DNA of 27,483 nt from assembly GCA_041500405.1 (NCBI GenBank), contig JBGQMB010000009.1:1-27483 (forward strand), written 5' to 3'. Below are positions 17,226 to 26,397 of the stretch, in pieces; the stretch's first letter is position 1, and every line of letters starts with the position of its first letter. The DNA is from Candidatus Micrarchaeia archaeon. Lineage in GTDB: Archaea; Micrarchaeota; Micrarchaeia; Anstonellales; J096. The notes beneath the pieces were generated by a model. The model was not told where the DNA came from. It did no database searches and worked only from the letters and a program-made list of their open reading frames with translations. Made by a program: the position numbers and the translations under genes.

Positions 17226-17335
17226 TTTGATTCCACCTTTCCTCTACGGACTAATAGAATGGTATAACCCTTGTGGCAGCATAGCTTTTAAACCCTTATC
17301 ATGGGCTCACTCGGAGAGCACAACCTTTCCTCCTT

Positions 17336-17812
17336 TTATATCTTCTTCAATTTCGAGCGGAGCTCGGTTGTGAATGCCTCGACATCGGACGGAGTAAGAA
17401 TGTATGTGTATGTTAGAGACAATAGAGGCATTTTTGTGTTGGTATTTATGAGGACCGTGTTTTTTGAATATAGTGCCCCTCTGCGGATAAATTTGTATTT
17501 CATGTTATCATCTAATGTTATATAAGGGACAAATCCTGGATCCACAGAACTGCGTACGTCTTTTATATCTTGGTATGAAATAAGCGTGTCCTGTAAGGGC
17601 GCTTTTATCCACAGGCCGTCATCGCCGATTTCATAAGAGTATGTGGTTTGTATATACAATAATATGCCCATCAGCGCGATACCTAATACTATAGACAAAG
17701 ATATTTTCATGAATAAGAACAAAACTGCCAGCAGGATCAGTCCCAAGGCAAGACAGAGTAGCATACTCGAAACCAATGAACGGTACATTCCATATATGCC
17801 CATAATTACCAA
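17336..17812 (-). CDS. Hypothetical membrane protein (2 TM + possible PH-like domain)
   Basis: Two hydrophobic helices, then YEIGDDGLWIK...ISYQDIKDV...ILTPSDVEAFTTELR; more AT-rich than its neighbours. Confidence 0.65.
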   Translation of the reverse strand: MVIMGIYGMYRSLVSSMLLCLALGLILLAVLFLFMKISLSIVLGIALMGILLYIQTTYSYEIGDDGLWIKAPLQDTLISYQDIKDVRSSVDPGFVPYITLDDNMKYKFIRRGALYSKNTVLINTNTKMPLLSLTYTYILTPSDVEAFTTELRSKLKKI

Positions 17813-17844
17813 TCAGCGCATGCCTTTAAACCCTTTTCCTTGTC

Positions 17845-19533
17845 CTATTCGGAAAGCACGAACTCCATGCCTTTTTTCCTATGCAGCCTTGAATAGCCTA
17901 TCCTTTCGAACTGGACAATGTCGCCCTCCTTTAGCGCTCCTGCCGAGGCCTCGCAGAACCCGGAAATCGCCTCCAGGCTGTTTTCGTTGAACGAATCATC
18001 GTCGTTGAGAAGGTTTCCCACTTCATACAGCTTCGCCTCCAGCGCGCCCTTTTCAGGCACCCAGTGGACCTTTATTTTTGGTATTTCCTTTCCTGGGATA
18101 AACTCTATGGACATGCCGTCCTTGTCAGCCTTGGCGTTTGCGTAGTCCTTGAGCCTGAATATCTCCCCGTCTTTCAGCATGTTCCAGTCCCTTTCCTCGA
18201 TATATGCCTCCCCGCTGATGTCAAAGTGCCTTTTTCCGAGGCTCTCGCTCGGGTGCATGGGCAGCTCCGCCTCTTCCGGGAAGCTTCCATTCAGCGACAG
18301 GGTTACGGGGTTGCGGATGAAGAACATCCTTCTTGTTATTTTGTCAAGCGCCTGCCTGTTTTCCTGCATTAAAAAGTCCCAGTCAACCTCCTTTTCCTGC
18401 TTCCCTATGCCGAAGCGCAGCGCGAAGTTCTTTATTGCCTCTTGGCAAATGCCCCTTGTCCTCAGGCCCCTTATCGTCGGAAGCCTCGGGTCGTCCCATC
18501 CCCAGAGCTTTCCAGACTCAACAAGCGGCACAAGGTGCCTCTTGCTTATCACGCTGTTCTTTATGTCCAGCCTTGAGAAGTGAATCAGCGTCGGCTTCCT
18601 CATTTCAGCAAGGTCCAGCATCCTGAAGTACAGCTCTTCCCTCAATTCGTATTCCTTGCTCCTCATGGCATGCGTTATGCCTTCTGTTGAGTCCATCAAT
18701 GGGGCCTCGAAGTCATATGTTGGCCAGACGGCGTACTTGTCGCCCTGCCTGTAATGCGGAGCCTCAACTATCCTGAGCATCGCCGGGTCCCTCATCACGC
18801 TGTTGAGCGCCTTTAAGTCTGATTTTAGAAGCACGACAGCCTCGCCTTCCCTAAACCCGTTGGAAAGCATCCTGTCAAAAAGCTCCAAATTCTTTTCCGG
18901 GGCGTTGTCCCTTCCGCTTATCGTGGTTCCCTTTGCCCTTGCGAGCTTTATCTCCTCGTTCGGTGCGTTGGTGACGTAAAGATGGCCTTTTCCCATCAGC
19001 GTTTTTGCAATCTCGTAAAGCCTTTTCATGCTGTCCGAGGTGTAACTTTCCTTTTTCCATTTGACGCCGAGCCATTCAAGGTCGGACTTCATTGCGTCAA
19101 CGTATTCCTGCTTCTCCTTTTTCGGGTTTGTGTCGTCGAAGCGCAAAAGCATGCTTCCGTTGTAGTCGTTTGCGACCTCGGATTCGAGGAAGATCGCCTT
19201 GGCGTGCCCGATGTGCGCGTATCCGGAAGGCTCCGGCGCGAACCTGGTAATCACCCCGTCCTGCGGATTCGGTATCGTGAACCGATGTTCCCTTGTTTTT
19301 TCAACCTTAGCAAAAGTGTAATTGGCCAGCTCCTTCTCCATCTCCTCCTTTGCCATGCCGTTTACTTCGCTTATTATGATTTCCGCCCTTTCCTTCACTT
19401 CCGCGGCTTTCTGCCTGAGCTCCGGCCTCTCGCCCATCGCCCTGCCCACAACCGCGTTCAAGCTTGCCTTTCCGTATTCCAGCGCGTTCTTGATTGCGTA
19501 TTTCCTTATGATAATGTCAACATCGTCCGGCAT
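17845..19533 (-). CDS. gltX: Glutamyl-tRNA synthetase (archaeal type)
   Basis: TRFAPEPSGYAHIGHAK (HIGH), LRFDDTNP, WPTYDF, ISKR, WDDPRLPT, QFERIGY. Confidence 0.97.
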   Translation of the reverse strand: MPDDVDIIIRKYAIKNALEYGKASLNAVVGRAMGERPELRQKAAEVKERAEIIISEVNGMAKEEMEKELANYTFAKVEKTREHRFTIPNPQDGVITRFAPEPSGYAHIGHAKAIFLESEVANDYNGSMLLRFDDTNPKKEKQEYVDAMKSDLEWLGVKWKKESYTSDSMKRLYEIAKTLMGKGHLYVTNAPNEEIKLARAKGTTISGRDNAPEKNLELFDRMLSNGFREGEAVVLLKSDLKALNSVMRDPAMLRIVEAPHYRQGDKYAVWPTYDFEAPLMDSTEGITHAMRSKEYELREELYFRMLDLAEMRKPTLIHFSRLDIKNSVISKRHLVPLVESGKLWGWDDPRLPTIRGLRTRGICQEAIKNFALRFGIGKQEKEVDWDFLMQENRQALDKITRRMFFIRNPVTLSLNGSFPEEAELPMHPSESLGKRHFDISGEAYIEERDWNMLKDGEIFRLKDYANAKADKDGMSIEFIPGKEIPKIKVHWVPEKGALEAKLYEVGNLLNDDDSFNENSLEAISGFCEASAGALKEGDIVQFERIGYSRLHRKKGMEFVLSE

Positions 19534-19570
19534 GTTTAAGAGTAAAGAGGAGAAAATTTAAAAAATAGGC

Positions 19571-19912
19571 TCATACGCCGAGGGCGCATGACCAATTGTA
19601 CTCCATCCAAATGTCGCTAGATATCCCGAATACCGTTGTTATTATCCACGGCGCAAGCACAAAAATGACTCCACAGGTTATCGCTCCTATAAGCAGGCTT
19701 GTCGCCCAACCATGGAACCTTGCCCTCTGCTCGGAAGCCGTCATCTGTCCTGCCGCATACACCACCGCTGCAAGCAGGAAGCACACCAGCATGAGCGCAG
19801 GTATTATCTCGCAGAAAAGGACGCCTGTCACTATCAGCGCATCCCTTAGCGGTTGCGCGAAGCACAGCATCGCCGCAAACAGCATCGCCGCAACAAACAG
19901 ATTCCTTTTCAT
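19571..19912 (-). CDS. VirB2/TrbC-like pilin paralogue 1
   Basis: Signal peptide ending LCFA; two hydrophobic helices linked by AAGQMTASEQRARFHGWATSLLIG; SD GGTGA. Confidence 0.65.
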   Translation of the reverse strand: MKRNLFVAAMLFAAMLCFAQPLRDALIVTGVLFCEIIPALMLVCFLLAAVVYAAGQMTASEQRARFHGWATSLLIGAITCGVIFVLAPWIITTVFGISSDIWMEYNWSCALGV

Positions 19913-20018
19913 TAGGGTTCACCTTTTGGACATATGCGTTTGCCTATTTAAAAAAGCTTCTTTTTTGTAAAACAAATAGAAAAATAGGCTTACTCCTACG
20001 CAGTCGTGCATATCATTC

Positions 20019-20348
20019 TTACGGATTGCAGATGCTGTGCCCAAAATATGCACTAGGTATGAACAGCTGTACTATCCACATCCCAAGCACAGTAATCACT
20101 CCGCACGTTATCGCGCCTATAAGCAGGCTCGTCGCCCACCCGTGGAACCTCGCCCTCTGCTCCGAGGATGCTATTTGGCCTGCAGCGTACATGACCGCCG
20201 CAAGCAGGAAGCATACAAGCATAAGCACAGGTATTATATCACAGAATAGGCCCTTTATCCACCATAATGCCATCCATAGCTGCCACTGCGCAAAACACAG
20301 GCCTGTCGCAATCAGCACCACTGCCAGAATAAACATATTATTTTTCAT
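20019..20348 (-). CDS. VirB2/TrbC-like pilin paralogue 2
   Basis: Start moved to ATG 20348 (SD AAGGAG); same core. Confidence 0.65.
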   Translation of the reverse strand: MKNNMFILAVVLIATGLCFAQWQLWMALWWIKGLFCDIIPVLMLVCFLLAAVMYAAGQIASSEQRARFHGWATSLLIGAITCGVITVLGMWIVQLFIPSAYFGHSICNP

Positions 20349-20359
20349 AATGCTCTCCT

Positions 20360-20710
20360 TTAGACGCCCGCGCAGCTTCTCCAGTCTTCTGGATACCAAG
20401 ATGGAGTGTTAAGAATTATAACAATCAGCCACGGCGCAAGCACGTACATGACCCCGCACGCTATTCCGCCTATGATAAGGCTTGTAGCCCACCCGTGGAA
20501 CCTCGCCCTCTGCTCAGCTGACGCCATCTGCCCCGCTGCATACATAATGGCGCCAAGCAGGAATGCGACCAGCATTAGCGCCGGAATGATCATGCAGAAG
20601 AAATATCTTATTGACCAAAGCACGCCTATCATTGCGCCCGTTGCGTCCGCAAATGCAAGCCCGGCAAACGCCGCAAGAACTGCCAATACAGACAATATCC
20701 TGTTTTCCAT
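20360..20710 (-). CDS. VirB2/TrbC-like pilin paralogue 3
   Basis: Signal peptide ending LAFA; same core. Confidence 0.65.
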   Translation of the reverse strand: MENRILSVLAVLAAFAGLAFADATGAMIGVLWSIRYFFCMIIPALMLVAFLLGAIMYAAGQMASAEQRARFHGWATSLIIGGIACGVMYVLAPWLIVIILNTPSWYPEDWRSCAGV

Positions 20711-20731
20711 TTTGGTTCGCCTTCTAAACCA

Positions 20732-21055
20732 TTAGCTGCACCGCCAGAAATATTCCGGCATTCCAAACAGAGTCACAATTATCCACGGCGCAAGCACGTA
20801 CATGACCCCGCACGCTATTCCGCCTATGATAAGGCTTGTAGCCCAACCATGGAACCTCGCCCTCTGGTCAGCTGACGCCATCTGCCCCGCAGCGTAAATG
20901 ATTGCGGCAAGCAGGAAGCACACCAGCATAAGCGCCGGAATGATCGTGCAGAAGAACCACTCGATATATATAAGTGCGCTGAATAACTGCCACTGCGCAA
21001 AGCACAATCCGGTCGCAATCAGCACTACTGCCAGAATAAGCATATTGTTTTTCAT
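20732..21055 (-). CDS. VirB2/TrbC-like pilin paralogue 4
   Basis: Signal peptide ending LCFA; same core; SD GGTGA. Confidence 0.65.
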   Translation of the reverse strand: MKNNMLILAVVLIATGLCFAQWQLFSALIYIEWFFCTIIPALMLVCFLLAAIIYAAGQMASADQRARFHGWATSLIIGGIACGVMYVLAPWIIVTLFGMPEYFWRCS

Positions 21056-21173
21056 AACGGTTCACCTTGCGTATGCGTTGAGTATGACTGTTTAAAAATC
21101 TTTCAGCATTTCCGACGAATAATGTGGTCTTTTGTAATGAAAAATGAAAAAATAACGGTTAAAAAAACCGGAT

Positions 21174-21491
21174 TCAGTAGCAAGCCGCTACAGTCGAGCT
21201 AGGCATGAACAGACCGATTATCCACGGCGCAAGCACGACGATTATCCCACACGTAATGCCGCCGATAAGCAGGCTTGTCGCCCACCCATGGAACCTCGCC
21301 CTCTGGTCAGCTGACGCCATCTGCCCCGCAGCGTAAATGATTGCGGCAAGCAGGAAGCACACCAGCATAAGCGCCGGCATAATCATACAGAAGAACGACC
21401 TGATTCCTTCAAGCGCGGTCGTAATCTGTTCTACTGCGAACACGGCTCCCATTGCAAGCAACACTATTGCAATTATTGCATAGTTTTTCAT
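21174..21491 (-). CDS. VirB2/TrbC-like pilin paralogue 5
   Basis: Signal peptide ending AVFA; same core; SD GGTGA. Confidence 0.65.
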   Translation of the reverse strand: MKNYAIIAIVLLAMGAVFAVEQITTALEGIRSFFCMIMPALMLVCFLLAAIIYAAGQMASADQRARFHGWATSLLIGGITCGIIVVLAPWIIGLFMPSSTVAACY

Positions 21492-21582
21492 TTTTTATTC
21501 ACCTTGTGCCATAGAGTAGGTGAAACCCTTTAAAAGCTTTCTGTCCGCCGTAGCGGAAATGCCTTCTGGCAATTGGCATTTT

Positions 21583-23352
21583 TCATTCCAGCTTCAGGTC
21601 CTCTGCGCTTATCCTGCTTCCGAATTCCCTTATCAGCCTTTTCGCGTCGCCGTTGTATTTCTTAAGGAGCAAATCCAGCTCCTCTCCTGAAATCCTTCCG
21701 GCCAGCTCAAGCGCCTGCTTTTTCGTCTTTCCCGAGCAAACCAATTTCATATACTCGTAAATGCCCTTTTTCGTCAATTTTCCGTCCCTGAAAAGCAAAA
21801 GCGCCTCTTCCGTGATCTCTTCCGTGACGTTTATCTTCTCCCTGGAAAGCCTTGTCCAGGTGTCCTCCAAGGCAGTTGCCGCAACTGAAGCGTCAACGCC
21901 CTGCTCAAGCACAGACTCGAACAGCTGCAATTGCCTGCTCCGTATCATCTTTCCCGCAAGGTCCAGGTTTAGGATTCCGTTGAGCCATTCCAATGTTTTC
22001 TCATAAGTATCTGCCGCAATCCTATCCGCTTCCTTTTCCATCCCCTTGTCAATCTCAATCATTGGAATGTCAGTTTCAGGGTACATCCTTGCGCTTGTCG
22101 CCATCGGCCTCATGTAAGCGGTTGCGCCCGACGGAAGCGCCTGCCTTGTCTCTTTCGGTATTGTCTCAACAAGCGCCCTTTCCTTCAAATATCCCAATGC
22201 CTTGAGCGCTGTCTCCATGTTGGCAACAACTATGGCAAGCCCATCCTCTGCCTTCATGCCAAGCTCGTTTGCAATCTCGTTCAGAAAGTTAGCATTTATC
22301 CTGTATCCCGAAAGATCCTCGTCCGAATGGATTATGCCTTTCACGCCGGCCTGCTTCGCGTAATCCGAAAGCTCGGAGCCGTATCTCCTGTCAGGGCCAA
22401 TTTCCATCCCAAGGATGCCCTTATGGTGCGGCATGACGAGCGCAAGCGCCCTGTCCCCCCTGTCAAGCGCAGACTTCACAAACCCGTCAGAAACATATTT
22501 CCTAAGTATGTCCGTGACATCGGCAGGCTCCTGTTTTTTCAGCTGGCCATATGCCTTTTTTGCCCTCAATTTTTTAGCAATCTCCAGCAACGATTTCTGC
22601 CTTTTTGCCTCGTTCTCAACCCATTTGGGTATCATCCAAAGCTCCTGCGCGCCCTTTATTTCCACCCTGTTTCCGCCCTCTATGCTGACGTTGAGGTCCT
22701 GCCTTATTGTCCCTATTCCCCTTTCCGCGACACCCGCTATCCTCATCGCAAGGCCGATTTTCTCGGCGACCTCGGCGCAGTGCGCCTCATCCTTGATATC
22801 CGGCGCGGTCGTTATCTCTATAAGCGGTATGCCGAGCCTGTCCAGCGAGTAAACCCTTTTTCCCCCTGTTTCGCCTATTATGCCCGCGCTTTCCTCCTCG
22901 ATGCACAAGGTCTCTATCCCGACCTTTCCCTTTGACGTTTCAATGAATCCGTTCAATCCAAGCAGCATCGTCCTTTGGAATCCGGACGTGTTGCTTCCGT
23001 CTATCACTATTTTTCTCATGACAACCGGCCTGTCGACAACCTTCATGTTGAACTGCTTTGCCATGCCCAGCGCATAAACAAGCGCCTTCCTGTTCATCTT
23101 GTGCGGAGGTTCTTCATCAGCGTCAACAAGGCAGCAGGCATTGTCATAATAGTTGTATCCCACGCCCCTTCCCTTTTCCGCCTCCCTTCTTGCGGCTATG
23201 TCTATTTTTCCCAATTCAGAAAGCGAGAGGTGGAACTCGCGCGCCATCGTGCTTTGCGGAACGCCCTTTGCATAGGCGTGCGGGCAGTTGCAGAACAATT
23301 TCGCGGTATTGAGCCTTTGGTGCACCTCTATGCCAATCCTCAGACCGTCCAT
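21583..23352 (-). CDS. gatE: Glu-tRNA(Gln) amidotransferase subunit E
   Basis: GIEVHQRL, KLFC, DEEPPH, RKIVIDGSNTSGFQRT, LDRLGIPLIEI, RGIGTIRQDLNVSI, GAD insert (GIIHSDE), RMYPETDIP. Confidence 0.96.
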   Translation of the reverse strand: MDGLRIGIEVHQRLNTAKLFCNCPHAYAKGVPQSTMAREFHLSLSELGKIDIAARREAEKGRGVGYNYYDNACCLVDADEEPPHKMNRKALVYALGMAKQFNMKVVDRPVVMRKIVIDGSNTSGFQRTMLLGLNGFIETSKGKVGIETLCIEEESAGIIGETGGKRVYSLDRLGIPLIEITTAPDIKDEAHCAEVAEKIGLAMRIAGVAERGIGTIRQDLNVSIEGGNRVEIKGAQELWMIPKWVENEAKRQKSLLEIAKKLRAKKAYGQLKKQEPADVTDILRKYVSDGFVKSALDRGDRALALVMPHHKGILGMEIGPDRRYGSELSDYAKQAGVKGIIHSDEDLSGYRINANFLNEIANELGMKAEDGLAIVVANMETALKALGYLKERALVETIPKETRQALPSGATAYMRPMATSARMYPETDIPMIEIDKGMEKEADRIAADTYEKTLEWLNGILNLDLAGKMIRSRQLQLFESVLEQGVDASVAATALEDTWTRLSREKINVTEEITEEALLLFRDGKLTKKGIYEYMKLVCSGKTKKQALELAGRISGEELDLLLKKYNGDAKRLIREFGSRISAEDLKLE

Positions 23353-23388
23353 AAGACCAAATCACTCGTTAGGGTTAAAAGTCTTGCC

Positions 23389-23616
23389 TTATTTCAGCAG
23401 CACTTCCCTTACCCTGATGACGCCGCTTGGCGAAACCGAGGTTGAAAGGGCGATGCCAAGCTGGCTGAAGTATCCCTTCAGCTTTGCAGCGGAATAGCCT
23501 TTCGGCAGCTCCACGCTTACCTTAAAAACAGAATTAAGGGGCGTCTTCTCCTTTATCGCGCTTATCATCCTGTTGAACACAAGAAAAGCCCTTTCTTCCT
23601 CAGTATCCCCTGCCAT
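23389..23616 (-). CDS. Small hypothetical protein
   Basis: Fills the gap upstream of gatE; ATG 23616 preferred over 23646 because the AT-rich promoter-like tract is at about 23650-23660. Confidence 0.5.
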   Translation of the reverse strand: MAGDTEEERAFLVFNRMISAIKEKTPLNSVFKVSVELPKGYSAAKLKGYFSQLGIALSTSVSPSGVIRVREVLLK

Positions 23617-23680
23617 AAGGCGCACTTGCTGGGATAAGCCAGGCATCTATTTTAATAAGTTTCGCAATCATCAAACTGCC

Positions 23681-24367
23681 ATGGCCCAGAAGTCCTATCT
23701 TTTCCTGAAAGACAAGGTTTCCACCGGCATTTACGACCTGGACGTAATCCTTGAAGGAGGCTACCAGAAGGGCTCGTCCATTGCAATCATAGGCCCGCCC
23801 GGCATTGAAAAAAGCCTGCTTGGCATGCATCTCATGTCCTCGCAGAACGCGCTCAACAATTATGTTGCAATAGATTTTTCCCCTGATGACATCGAAAGGA
23901 AAGCCGAAGATTACGGGCTTTCGCTCAACGTCTCCAAATACATCGACATGTATTCCGTCCAGGCCGCGGTCGAGCCGAACAGGAACAGGGACATCGTCAT
24001 AGACGGCGTAACCGCGCTCAACGACCTCTCGCTTGAGATAAGCAGGCTCCTGAACGTGAAGGAGCAGGCGAATCCGATTAACTTCTATTTCCATTCCTTT
24101 TCATCCATGATGCTCGCGAACCAGTTTGACTCGCTGTTCAAGTTTTACCAGGTCGTTTCCGGCAGGATAAAGAGCGCGGAAGGGACGATGGCCATGCTGT
24201 TCGAGGAGGGGCTTCACGAAAAAACGCAGCTCAACACGTTCCTGAGGTCTGTTGACGCGACAATTGAGCTGAAGCAGGTTTCAAAGGGCAAGTGGGAGAT
24301 GTCTGTTTCAACGCTGGACACCCCGGTGTATTTCAGGATATCGACAGAGGGAATTGAGATAATGTAG
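23681..24367 (+). CDS. KaiC/RecA-superfamily ATPase-like protein (single domain, degenerate motifs)
   Basis: VSTGIYDLDVILEGG, GPPGIEKS (Walker A-like), IDMYS, LNDLSLEIS, VDATIELK; start ATG 23681. Confidence 0.85.
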   Translation: MAQKSYLFLKDKVSTGIYDLDVILEGGYQKGSSIAIIGPPGIEKSLLGMHLMSSQNALNNYVAIDFSPDDIERKAEDYGLSLNVSKYIDMYSVQAAVEPNRNRDIVIDGVTALNDLSLEISRLLNVKEQANPINFYFHSFSSMMLANQFDSLFKFYQVVSGRIKSAEGTMAMLFEEGLHEKTQLNTFLRSVDATIELKQVSKGKWEMSVSTLDTPVYFRISTEGIEIM

Positions 24368-24376
24368 GTGCTTGCT

Positions 24377-24667
24377 ATGTATGAGGATCTTGTGAAAGCC
24401 GGCGTGTCGTTCTGCATAATAAAGAGGAATGGCGAAGTAATCCAGTACAACAACCTGGACGACCCCGAGATAATAAAAAGCGTGGTGAGGCTTTACAACA
24501 CCGCCAATTTCGTCCACGAGTCGCTCAAGGATTCCCCAAGCTCAATGTCAATAACATTCAACGGAAAAAGGATAATCATCGTCCCAAAGGGCGATGTAAT
24601 CCAGTTTGCCATATCCTCAAGCCAGCAGGATGCTGGCACAATCTCCAAATCTTTTGGAGGAGTTTAG
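24377..24667 (+). CDS. Roadblock/LC7 (profilin-like fold) small protein
   Basis: About 96 aa; FCIIKRNGEVI hairpin, helix, then SMSITFNGKRIIIVPKGDVIQFAI three-strand pattern. Confidence 0.6.
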   Translation: MYEDLVKAGVSFCIIKRNGEVIQYNNLDDPEIIKSVVRLYNTANFVHESLKDSPSSMSITFNGKRIIIVPKGDVIQFAISSSQQDAGTISKSFGGV

Positions 24668-24668
24668 G

Positions 24669-26273
24669 ATGGCAGAGGCGTTTACAAAAGAGGAAACAGA
24701 GCTGGTTTCGCCCTTTGTCAGCAACACGGACAAGGATGTTTTCGTTTTAAGGAACCTTCCGGAGGTTGTGAAAGGCGCGCTGTTCTCGCGCTACAGCCGC
24801 TCAGCGAAGTCCCTGAGAAGGCTTCTGCTGGACGAGTTCCTGAGAAACGGGGAGATCGGGTTCTCCGAGATAGTCAAATCCGGCACCGCGATGGGCTTTG
24901 ACAAGGCCGTTGCGGTCGAGAAGGCAGAGGAGTTCTACGACCGCGTCCTTGTGGGCTACGGCGACGACAGCGTGGGCGAGCTCGCCTTTTCGCACATCGC
25001 GCTTGAGAGCATATCCAACATCGCGTCAAAGGCGGTTGAGGACCCCAGGATAGGGCTTTCCCCGCTTGAGAAAAGCACAAGGTACGTCTTCTTCGACAAA
25101 AAGACGGACGGCGAATACCTTTTTTACAAGGAAAAGAAGATAATGGGGAGCTTCGCGGACGAGTATAATGACCTGATGAACCTCCTGTTTGACACATATG
25201 CCTCCCTTGTCGAGAAGATGAAGGCTTATGTAATTGAAAAATACCCGAAGCAGGGAGATGCCAGCGACAGGGCATATGATTCCGCAGTAAGGGCAAAGAC
25301 ATGCGACATAATAAGGGGCCTTCTTCCCGCATCCACAAAGACCAACGTCGGGCTTGCGGGCAACGGCCGCTCGTTCGAATATTTATTGGTAAAGATGAGG
25401 GCAAATCCGCTTTCCGAGATGAATGATTTGGCCTCGGAGATGCACAGGGAGCTTTCAACATCCATAAAGCCGTTTGTGAAAAGGGTGTACGGCCAGCACG
25501 GCAACGAGTGGATGGACTATCTGAAGGCGTCCGGCGCTTACCTGAAATCCTCGTTTCCGCATTCCTCAAAGCACGGAAGCGTCGTGCCGGTCAGGCTGGT
25601 TTCGCACCATGGGAACATTGACGACGTGATTGCGCTCTTGATTTTCGAGTCAACGGATGTCGGCATGGACGAGGCAAGGAAAATAGTTTCCGCAATGCCC
25701 CTGCAGAAGAAATCGGAGCTCATATCTGGCTATCTTGCGCTCAGGAAGAACAGGAGGCAGAAGCCGTCGCGCGCATTCGAGTCGGTAAACTACGTTTTTG
25801 AGATCATAGGCAACTTCGGCATATTCAGGGACCTGCAAAGGCACAGGATACTTACGCAGATAAAGCAGGACGTCTCAACGCGCCTTGGCTTTGACATGCC
25901 GGACGAAATCAACGAAGCCGGATTCTCAGGGCTTTGGAAGGACGCGATGTACAAGTCAGCGGAGCTTTACGAAAGGATTTACGCGAAGTTTCCCAAGGAG
26001 GCTTCATACTGCGTTCCGTTTGCGTATAGGATAAGGTGGGTTTTCGGGCTCAACCTGCGCGAGGCGTTCCACTTCGTGGAATTGAGAAGCGGGGAGCAGG
26101 GGCATCCGGACTACAGGAAGGTCGCGATAGAGATGCAAAAACAGATTTCCGAGGCTGACCCGGTCATCGGGCAGATGAAATTCCTCAACACTAATAAAAT
26201 AGGCCTTGAAAGGCTCAATTCGGAAAAAAGGATTGACGACAAGCTGGATGCGATAAGGAAAAGGTACGGCTGA
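24669..26273 (+). CDS. thyX: FAD-dependent thymidylate synthase, long tandem-domain type
   Basis: NLPEVVKGALFSRYSRS, GYGDDSVGELA, EKSTRY, RGLLP, FRDLQRHR, ELRS-x2-QGHPDYR; start ATG 24669. Confidence 0.93.
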   Translation: MAEAFTKEETELVSPFVSNTDKDVFVLRNLPEVVKGALFSRYSRSAKSLRRLLLDEFLRNGEIGFSEIVKSGTAMGFDKAVAVEKAEEFYDRVLVGYGDDSVGELAFSHIALESISNIASKAVEDPRIGLSPLEKSTRYVFFDKKTDGEYLFYKEKKIMGSFADEYNDLMNLLFDTYASLVEKMKAYVIEKYPKQGDASDRAYDSAVRAKTCDIIRGLLPASTKTNVGLAGNGRSFEYLLVKMRANPLSEMNDLASEMHRELSTSIKPFVKRVYGQHGNEWMDYLKASGAYLKSSFPHSSKHGSVVPVRLVSHHGNIDDVIALLIFESTDVGMDEARKIVSAMPLQKKSELISGYLALRKNRRQKPSRAFESVNYVFEIIGNFGIFRDLQRHRILTQIKQDVSTRLGFDMPDEINEAGFSGLWKDAMYKSAELYERIYAKFPKEASYCVPFAYRIRWVFGLNLREAFHFVELRSGEQGHPDYRKVAIEMQKQISEADPVIGQMKFLNTNKIGLERLNSEKRIDDKLDAIRKRYG

Positions 26274-26397
26274 CTTCATATTTACTTATATATAAGCATG
26301 TGGATATATGTTAATTTGTCGACTTATATATAAGATTGCATTTTTCCTTTTAAAAAGGAATGATAAGTTTAAAAAGAGAGGCCACAAATAACCATTT

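Noticed and set aside
19981..20018. Possible relic pilin C-terminus (DCVGV in another frame) after paralogue 2
   Set aside because: Too short to distinguish from chance; the shared GCCTATTTTT is more simply a terminator-like tract.
19571..21491. Diversity-generating retroelement acting on the pilin array
   Set aside because: No reverse transcriptase in the window; all copies are intact ORFs and the differences are not evidently adenine-specific.
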